Shown: in pieces, positions 49,593 to 58,517 of the stretch
Layout of the letters: every line of letters starts with the position of its first letter
How positions within the stretch are numbered: position 1 is the stretch's first letter
Assembly (NCBI RefSeq): GCF_006345805.1
Contig: NW_021833001.1
Span: 1-58,517, forward strand
Direction of reading: 5' to 3'
DNA from: Octopus sinensis
Taxonomy: Eukaryota
DNA length: 58,517 nt
Program-made: the position numbers and the translations under genes
Notes under the pieces: generated by a model
Databases searched by the model: none
What the model was told of the DNA's origin: nothing
The model's input: only the letters and a program-made list of their open reading frames with translations

Positions 49593-50093
49593 AATTATTA
49601 TTTATTTATTTTACTTACTTAATATTCATTTTGCTCTAATTGTTTGCTGTTCATTTAGCAACTAATAAATAGGTATTCATTTAACAGTGTCTCAGCTAAA
49701 TACTGTATCCCATTTATTCACGTAATAAGCATTTTTCAAAACTTAACTTTCTAGATAACGGAAACGTCACAATAAAAGCAACTCAAATCACCGAGATTGC
49801 CGTTATTTAGGAAGTTAACCGTACTGTATTTCACTTCCTGTGTGTTTGTGCTTTGCGTGCATGCGTAAACAGTAATACCTAACTACATAACGTTGGCAAT
49901 GAAAGACTACCATTTTAGTTGCTTCAATCTATCTTTGGTTATTTTAATTCAGTGAGGCAAAACCTCTGATAAGATATCTTATATTAAGACATGCTGTTTG
50001 GTGGAGACCAGCTTTGAAGTCCAGCACTAAAGCGTTTCAATGACAACATTTCTACTGCCTCATTTCCAGTATGGCGTGCGTCTTGCAGTTATG

Positions 50094-50162
<69 letters not shown>

Positions 50163-50249
50163 TATATACATAAATGTATGTATATATATATATAATATAT
50201 ATATATATAATATATATATATACATAAATGTATGTATATATATATATTA

Positions 50250-50281
<32 letters not shown>

Positions 50282-50304
50282 CACACACATATATATATAC
50301 ATAC

Positions 50305-50376
<72 letters not shown>

Positions 50377-50486
50377 GTGTTTGTGTGTGTATACCGACGT
50401 ATATATATATATAAACATACACATATGGTTAGATATACATATATACATTATGTATATGTTTATATATATATATATATATATATGCA

Positions 50487-50527
<41 letters not shown>

Positions 50528-50835
50528 GTCTGTCTGTCTATCTGTCTATCTATCTATCTACGTACGCACGCACACATACACACATACACACCACATATAT
50601 ACAGAATTAAATTGAGGGATCGACAGACAGAAAGAAACATACGTATATGCATACACAGAATATATAGTTTTATATATATATGTAGAAAGAGAGAAAAAGA
50701 GAGAGAGAGAGAGAGAGAGAGTAGATGTGAATGTTTGTTTAAGTAAACTGAATTTGAAATAAAGAATATATGTTTGAATTTAGTTACCGTAACTGATTGG
50801 TAAATAAAACAACGAATGGGCAGAAACCTCTAGGT

Positions 50836-51307
50836 CATTGGTTCTCACCCGGGGTCCGTATAATCTCTGGGAGTCTATATAAGAGTTTTGGGGGTCCACA
50901 CAGGCAAAATACTGAATTGGGGATCCACAGTAGTATTTTAAGGGTTTTTGAAGAAATTTTGATTTTGATATATATATTGCAAAAAACAGCTAGGTTTCAT
51001 TCTCTAACGCAGGGGTTCCCAATCTTACTTTGCTTGTGGAACCCCTGAGAGCTATTTTATCATCTGTGGACCCTATATATGCACATGTAAATTTTTGAAA
51101 TAAAATATTTGTCTGTAGGTTAGTAAAAACTAACAATGAAACAATTTCATTATATTCATAACATAAATTCCAAATACAAATCTTAAAAATTTCAATAAAT
51201 ACAGGTACCTCTCCTAGTAAACAAAATTTATATATGGGCCCACAAATTACAATTTTTTACTCATAGACCCCCTTAAAGCTTCTGTGGACCCCGACTGGGA
51301 ATCGCTG
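50836..51307. mobile_element. hAT (Charlie-like) MITE
   Basis: TIRs cattggttctcacccggggtcc / ggaccccgactgggaatcgctg. The 8-bp flanks ctctaggt and ctctaacg are a partial TSD. Confidence 0.7.
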
Positions 51308-51378
51308 CTCTAACGTTTTACATACTTTAACATGTTTCCGGTCATTGAAACATGTTCTCTTAGAGAGTTATATTGTAA

Positions 51379-51762
51379 GGAGGCGCAATGGCCCAGTGGT
51401 TAGGGCAGCGGACTCGCAGTCATAGGATCGTGGTTTCGATTCCCACACCGGGCGTTGTGAGTGTTTATTGAGCGAAAACACCTAAAGCTCCACGAAGCTC
51501 CGGCAGGGGTGGTGGTGGTCCCTGCTGTACTCTTTCACCACAACTTTCTCTGACTCTTACTTCCTATTTCTGTTGTACCTGTATTTCAAAGGGCCGGCCT
51601 TGTCACTCTCTGTGTCACGCTGAATATCCCCGAGAACTCTGTTAAGGGTACACGTGTCTGTGGAGTGCTCAGCCACTTACACGTTAATTTCACGAGCAGG
51701 CTGTTCCGTTGATCGGATCAACCGGAACCCTCATCGTCGTAACCGACGGAGTGCTTCCCCTC
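51379..51762 (+). mobile_element. SINE family D, full length with 8-bp TSD
   Basis: A/B-box-like head. The TSD tattgtaa occurs at 51371-51378 and 51763-51770. The tail is shared with family C type 1. Confidence 0.9.
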
Positions 51763-52109
51763 TATTGTAAACCTACGCAAGTGAATGTGTGAAAAACAAA
51801 ATAAGAATTTGGATAGGATTATCTATAAAACTAGTTTTTCACCATGGAATGGCTATTGGGGTCCACCAGAATTTAATAGTAGTCAATGTGGTCCATAGAT
51901 AAAAAATGGTTGTGACCCATTGCTCCAGGTGATAGCACGACCAGCTTCAACTGGCAGCCAAAGGCACCGCAAATCTCGTCTAAAACTAAGAAGGCCAGAT
52001 TGAATACATCCTCGTAGATACAACTTGATACTCCTAAAAGGTGGGATGGTCACGGCTTGGGTGCCTTTGAATGTACGTCTACTCAATAAGAGTTGATCTT
52101 ATGCTAAAG

Positions 52110-52117
52110 AACCAAAC

Positions 52118-52157
<40 letters not shown>

Positions 52158-52167
52158 CACCACCACC

Positions 52168-52226
<59 letters not shown>

Positions 52227-52255
52227 CATCACCACCACTACTGCTACCCCCACCC

Positions 52256-52297
<42 letters not shown>

Positions 52298-52340
52298 TCA
52301 CCGCTACCATTGTTGCCGCTACTAATAGTACTACTGCTAT
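52110..52340. repeat. (CTA)/(CCA) compound microsatellite
   Basis: Direct reading of the sequence. Confidence 0.95.
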
Positions 52341-52723
52341 TGCTACTTCTACTATTTAGGCTAGTGGTTCTCAACCAGGATTCATGTGGCCCTTAGGGTT
52401 GCATATAAGATTTTTTGCTGTTAAAATTTATTTGCAATGAATTTGTTATACTTCTATAATACACAAATTATTTTAACAGTTTTTTTTATATACAATTCCT
52501 AATCATATTTAATTTTTTTAAAACGTGGTATGGTTATGAAGGTCTATCCGAGTTCAAATTTTTCATTAGTTCATATTCGTTTTTTTTTTAATCTTCTGGC
52601 GATGTGGCAAGTCACCCATACCATTTATACTGTATACTTTACGTATATGAAGGCAAAAATGTACAGATTTGCTCATGAAGGCAAAAGTAGAGCGACAACG
52701 GAGTCACGAAACTAATAATTCAG

Positions 52724-52800
<77 letters not shown>

Positions 52801-52834
52801 GTCTATCATATCTGGAAAAACGGTTGCACAGAAA

Positions 52835-52929
<95 letters not shown>

Positions 52930-53279
52930 CGGAAGTATTACTCTCATGACGCCGATGTCACGCTACTGTTCGATTGAAGAGTTGAAAATGAAGTGAAACT
53001 CGGGAAACAATGATGATTACTTGCAAAATTATCCATAAGCAGCTTATTGATAAGTAGCTATTCATAAGTAGCACTCACACACACACACACACACACGCGC
53101 TACGCACATACATATCTGCGGAGTGTAGGCGTAAAGAAGTGTATATATGAAACATATACGATATATATAATAAACATGTAATTTTGTTACGTATTGTATG
53201 CTACACAGTCTGTGAACTAATATTGAAGCTTCAGCAATTAAAAGTAAAAGCAACCGACTAGTCATGTATTTATTAATAC

Positions 53280-54335
53280 CAGTGTTGCCAACTTAAATTC
53301 ATAATTTTATGCTAAATTTCAGTAGAAAAAATACCAAAAAAATGCTAAAAAATTCTACGAGAAAAAAAAATGCTAAATATTAATTATATCAAAAAGCTTA
53401 AACTTAATTAAATTTTTATTTACTTTCTTTAGTTATATTCAGCATTGAGAAATAATTTCTTGAATTTTACTGATTTGATCACTTTCAGCTGCAGTGCCTA
53501 GGTCTTGACTTTTGTATACATTTAAGGTCCCAATCTCGTTAATTACGTGTTTTGGAATATCGAAGTTTTTGCAACATTTGCCATATCTTTTCGGGCCATA
53601 TTTTATAGACAATATTGATCTAAGCATAGGAAGATGAATTTTGTTTTTCAATTTTGATTTGATTACACCCATACTACTGAACAACCGTTCAACTTTTGCA
53701 TTTGAGTTTGGCAATGTCAATAGATTAATGGCAAAATTTGCAACATCTCTAAAGGATTTCCTCCAGTAGCATCTTTATATTCTAAGACTTCCAGCCTGAA
53801 TGCCTCGGTATTAGATGTATTTGTCCTTTTAACTAAATGAATGCTATTAAACTGAATTTTAATTGAAGTAATTTTTTCTTCATTTAAATGCATTGCTTCT
53901 AAGACTGGTAAAATTGGCTCTTTGAAATGCTGCAAAATATTCTTTACTGAAAAACATTTGATATTCCTCAGTATATTAATATTTTCTGGCAAACGGTGCT
54001 TGAGCTCTTTATAAAGGCAGAGTAAAAATTGTTGTGCACTTTTGCGAATATTATTTTCTTCGATGGCTGTTACAATTTTCTTGATAATCATTTCTGCTAT
54101 CTTCCTCTCGAACCTGTAGCCTAAATTTAGTTTAGGATCCAGAAATTTTTCAATAGAAACATCAGGATCAAGAGGATCAATTCTACATGTTGGCAAAACT
54201 ATCATATTAGCAACAGATTTAATCAAATTTGAAAGATCTTCAAGTAATTTTGTTTTGTCGACAGTGTTTGATTCAAACAGTGTATTCACTTCCTGAACAT
54301 GTTTTAAAATTGGATGCAAAAATAAAAGGTAAAAT
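53280..54335 (-). mobile_element. 3' part of a hAT-superfamily transposon (C-terminal dimerisation region and TIR)
   Basis: ORFs 53717-54319 and 53439-53720 (LPNSNAKVERLFSSMGVIKSKLKNKI) with one frameshift. Terminal cagtgttgccaac at 53280. Confidence 0.8.
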
Positions 54336-54340
54336 TCATT

Positions 54341-55165
54341 CCTAGAATCACCGATGCAGACTTTGTGGAGTTAACACCGAAGATATCACCTACATCATAA
54401 GAAGTTGTCCGAAAATGTCATCACGGTATTACCTACCGATGAGGCATGATGTTGTAGCTACGACATTCTATAATGAAGTCCGTCGGAAGGATAACCCCCG
54501 AAGAAAAGAAATAAAAAAACACTGTATGGTAGAATCCATAGTCACTCATAATGAAAAGGACTATTTGTTGAATGTCCCAGTGAAGACCTCAATAAAATGT
54601 ACGCACAACAGACCTGATATAATGCTTTGAGACAGGGAAGAGAAACTGCGTACAGTTGTAGAAATTAGCTGCTCAGTGGATGTTAACATAAAGCTGAAGA
54701 TCAATGAAAAAGAGGATTCTCATGCTGAACTATTAAGAAATCTGTAGTTACTCAATCCAAATTGCAACTTCCGGTTTATATCTGTCATTATTGGGGCCCA
54801 GGGATATGTAACACACTGCCTAAATACCAATCTTGAGAAATCAGGCTTCTCAAAACTAGAAAGGAGAAAGCTAATTCAAAGACTACAGATCCAATCCATC
54901 ACTAGAACTGAAAAAAATCTCTAAAACTTTCCAGACGTATTTTAAACCAAATTTAAGCAGATATGAGCATGCCTATATATGCAACTATATACATGGGAAA
55001 GCATACATAAAGCAAAACATACAAATCTGCGCATATACACACATAAATACATACATACAAACAAACAAAAATACCCTTTTGTTGATGTTGAAATTCCAAT
55101 GAAGGAGCCTTGGATCTAGTTTAGAAACCGGCTCTCTCTCTATTGAAATAAAACTGAATAATGAC
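54341..55165 (+). mobile_element. 3' part of another R4-like RLE LINE
   Basis: CRLCG...IIRSCPK..Y..RHD (CCHC remnant) and NRPDIML..E.K...VVEISC (PD..E nuclease motif). Confidence 0.8.
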
Positions 55166-55170
55166 ATGCA

Positions 55171-55259
<89 letters not shown>

Positions 55260-55301
55260 AAGATAGAGATACATACATATATACATGCATATTCGTACAT
55301 A

Positions 55302-57046
55302 TTGGGTCATCCCATAAATAATACGGTTTTTTATACTTTTATTTTTCAAAATTAAGATAAACAAAGTTCTTTTGCCGCATATGGCGGAGACGTAAACGGA
55401 TCCCTCTACCACTTAATTTTTTTTTTCTTTTTTTACGGAATCCCACGTTTCCGGATATGGAGATTCCGATTGGAAATACGTAGAAAAATATGGAGATTTT
55501 GATTCTGAAACAAATTGTTTGTAAAATTTCAATTCTTCTTCTTCTTCTTCAAAAAAAAAAAAAAAACTCCAACCCCTCCCGATTCTATGGCCTTGGCCTT
55601 CAAGCAGGCTATCCACATGCTAGAAACAACAGCCAAATCTCACTATATTGCGATAACATAATGAAAGAAATAAGTAACCAATCTACCCACCTTTCTGCAA
55701 AGATTTCTTCCAGGGTAATTTCCCACAGTAATATGAAAATGAAACTAAAGTGTTCATTTTTTTTTTATTTACTTTTGTTTTGAAAGTTATAAAAAATATG
55801 AGTGCATAGATAACAGCATACTCTTGAAAAAAAGAAAAGTAAAAATAGCAAAGAAATACTGTGAAATTAAAGTGTTCACTTATTTTTTTTAGATTTGGCT
55901 GTTATTTGTAGTATGTGGATAGCCTGCTTGAAGGCCAAGGCTGTACAACCGGGAAGGGTTGTTTTTTTTGTTTGTTTTTTTTTTTGAAAAATTGAAATTT
56001 TACAAATACCTTTTTTTCCCGAATCATAATCTACGTATTTCGCAAAAAAAAAAAAGAAATCCGGAAAAAGTGAAAAATGAAGAGGGGATGGGGGATGGTG
56101 GAGATGGTGGGGGGATTGAAATTTTGAAGTTACAATTTTTGAAAAAATTTTTTTCAGAAATGGAATCTCCATAACCGAAAACGTGAGATTCCGTAAAAAA
56201 ATTAAGGGATGGAGGGGTCCATTTACGTCTCCGCCAATCTAAAATATACTCTCCTTCATTTTCTACAATGCTCTTCCATCTATGTGGTAGACTTGCAAGG
56301 CCCCTCTTCAAAAATTTACTTGTCCGTGACGAAAAACACTCCTCCACTACTGTTCTTAACTCGTCTACAGAATTCATATTTTTTCCGTCCAAATGATTTG
56401 GAAGACTGAAGAATAAATGATAATCTGATGGGGCAATATCCGGCGAATATGGTGTGTAGGTCAACGTTTCCCATTCAAACTGTCCCAGCTTTTAAAATGT
56501 TATCCTCGCTGTATGTGGTCGAGCATTATCTTGATTGAATAACACCATTCGTTTTGAAACCAAAGACAGTAATTTTTCTTCTGGCGCTGACTTGAATGAC
56601 TAGTCGAATGGCCAAATCCAACCTTTTCTACTAGTTCCTCAACAGTTATGATGGAATTTTGTTCCACCAGGGTTTGGCAGGACGTCCTCGTCGAGCTCTA
56701 CAGATGTTCCAGCATGAGGATCGTCTCCTAGGCTGTGGTTTCCGGCTCGGAATTTCTGGAACCACTGTTGCCACTGGCTTATGCTTATTGTCTGATCCCC
56801 TTATACTACATTAATATACCTCACACTTTCCGTTGCGTTGTTGCTTGTATTGAACTCATAAAGCAAAATATGCCGAATATTCTTCTTTGCCACTTCCATT
56901 ACAGCTTTGAAAAAATAACTGTTAAAATCAAACTGCACTCTTCGAAACTTGCACTAAGAATAAGTACAAGGTAAAATTACTAATCTTTTTATAGCAAGTT
57001 GATTTCATGCAATTGAAAAAACCGCATTATCTATGGGATGACCCAA
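55302..57046 (-). mobile_element. Internally deleted mariner with a nested foldback element
   Basis: TIRs ttgggtcatcccata.ataat.cggttttt with TA flanks. The ORF 56024-56464 has YSPDIAPSDYHLF...RWKSIVENEGEYILD. Confidence 0.92.
55382..56236. mobile_element. Long-TIR (foldback/MULE-like) non-autonomous element
   Basis: Perfect 15-bp termini tggcggagacgtaaa. Imperfect inverted similarity extends about 270 bp (55560-55645 versus 55890-55970). No TSD found. Confidence 0.8.
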
Positions 57047-57761
57047 TACATACATATACACATATATATATGTTTGTGTATATACACACATTAATGTTTC
57101 TTAGAATATATATACTCTTGACTTCAATTGTTGAGAAGTAAATAATTAAATGGTCTCTGATGGGAACTGATAAATACGAAACTAACCTTTCGATTTTCAC
57201 TTTGAACTACTGAACCGCTTGTGCTGGTCAACGATTCGCATTTACGAAGTGAGAATAAATTGCACGTTTATTAAACATATCGTATATGTTTTCATATGCA
57301 CATATTTTGAAAGCAAAGCTGTAGGGACGCATTATGACCAAACAGTTATATAAAGTTCGATTGGCAACTACGATATCTTGGGTTTCAGTCTCACAGTATT
57401 GTGTCTTGCATGAGTGACTTTGACATAGCATCGCGTCGATCTCAGCTTGGTCAATGAAACAGCATAGACGGAAACGGTGAGGAACCCTTTTCGGATTGAC
57501 TGCACCCTTGTCACACACAATGTGTCGCATTGGTTCTAACTGAGGGTTATTTTAAAAATAAACACGCCTGTGAAATATTCGGCTACATACACACTAATTC
57601 AATGAGCGAGTAGTTCACTTGCCAAAACACATAAATAATGATCACCGAAACCGATGGAGATCCATTCCTAATTTCATTTACACACACACACACAACACAC
57701 ACACACACACTGTCCAGAATATATGTATATTTATTCAATATATATATATATATTATATATA

Positions 57762-57805
<44 letters not shown>

Positions 57806-57968
57806 AAAAATTAGAAAACATCCACCTTTATCAATCAAAATGAACAATTAAATTACACCACCTAGAAAATTACATATAAAGAAATAAAAAAATTAAAATA
57901 ACAATAATATACCGATGATTAAGTAAATTGCAAAAAAATAATAATAAAAACGTATATAATTGGTAGAA

Positions 57969-58074
57969 TAGCGGCACGCGTTTCGTGGATATATTTAAGA
58001 AACGATTATAGTAAAAAAAAATTAATAGTAGTAGTAAAATCACTTCGATATAAATATAGCCACTCATCAGGTTA
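57969..58074 (-). ncRNA. Type I hammerhead motif with a long helix II insert (second copy)
   Basis: TAAC CTGATGA GTGGCTATATTTA...TAAATATATCCAC GAAAC GCGTGC C GCTA. Helix III and U16.1 are mutated. Confidence 0.5.
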
Positions 58075-58128
58075 AAATAAAGTAGAACAATAAAATAATT
58101 AATTAATAAATATACTTTAAAATATAGT

Positions 58129-58172
<44 letters not shown>

Positions 58173-58264
58173 GGAAAGTTTATGAAAAAACAAAAGACGA
58201 AGGCAGGGGAGTACAAACAAACAAATGTATTAGTATAGCGCTCAGGAATAGATATAGAAAAAGT

Positions 58265-58300
58265 CTTTTACGTTTCGAGCCTACGCTCTTCGACAGAAAG
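58265..58300 (-). ncRNA. Minimal hammerhead-like motif, A6U variant
   Basis: CTTT CTGTCGA A GAGC-gtag-GCTC GAAAC GT A AAAG. Confidence 0.55.
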
Positions 58301-58517
58301 ATACACAGGAAAAAAAACAAGGAGAGAAACAAGGAAAGAAAAAAATGCGTGTAGGAGCTAACGATCTATCATGGCGTCCAAGCAAAAATGCTAGTTCTAA
58401 AAATCTCTCTAAGAGATCAACGCAGTAGTTGCATTGACAAGTAATATTCGTATGCACTTTAAAATGGCTGTACGTTCGAGCGGACTCTACTACGGACAGC
58501 CATGTTAAAGCGGATAC

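Noticed and set aside
51379-51450. tRNA gene
   Set aside because: The tRNA-like A/B boxes continue into a SINE body and tail bounded by a TSD. The same applies to the other tRNA-like heads.
52724-52928. (TATC)n followed by (GATA)n forming a potential hairpin
   Set aside because: It is a juxtaposition of one very common microsatellite in two orientations, with nothing else supporting function.
58463-58503. ATGGCTGT…ACAGCCAT hairpin similar to helix II of the 33933 family
   Set aside because: Both core segments are unrecognisable and the window ends here.

Overview
AT-rich, microsatellite-dense eukaryotic non-coding DNA. The SINE, LINE and mariner families and the extreme (TA)/(CA)/(TACA)/(TAA) content resemble an octopus or other cephalopod genome (inference). 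I could not support any intact host protein-coding gene, and most ORFs in the track are translated microsatellites. The window is a mosaic of decayed mobile elements: a CR1/L2-group LINE, R4/Dong-like RLE LINEs in (TAA)n, Penelope-like (PLE) RT/GIY-YIG fragments, several tRNA-derived SINE families, Tc1/mariner and hAT transposons, and MITEs. The main signal is a dense population of small elements sitting in microsatellites and carrying type I hammerhead-ribozyme motifs: about 20 whole or partial motifs from at least 7 sequence families. Most have a palindromic helix III (dimer-type), several are in head-to-head inverted arrangements, and two families repeatedly carry non-canonical core bases. 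Other notable features are a SINE/LINE shared 3' stem-loop with compensatory changes, a four-unit SINE concatemer bounded by one TSD, a possible HDV-like ribozyme at an R4 5' end, and a 146-bp cassette flipped between local duplicates. All alignments and folds were done by eye, and element boundaries are approximate unless fixed by TSDs or TIRs.
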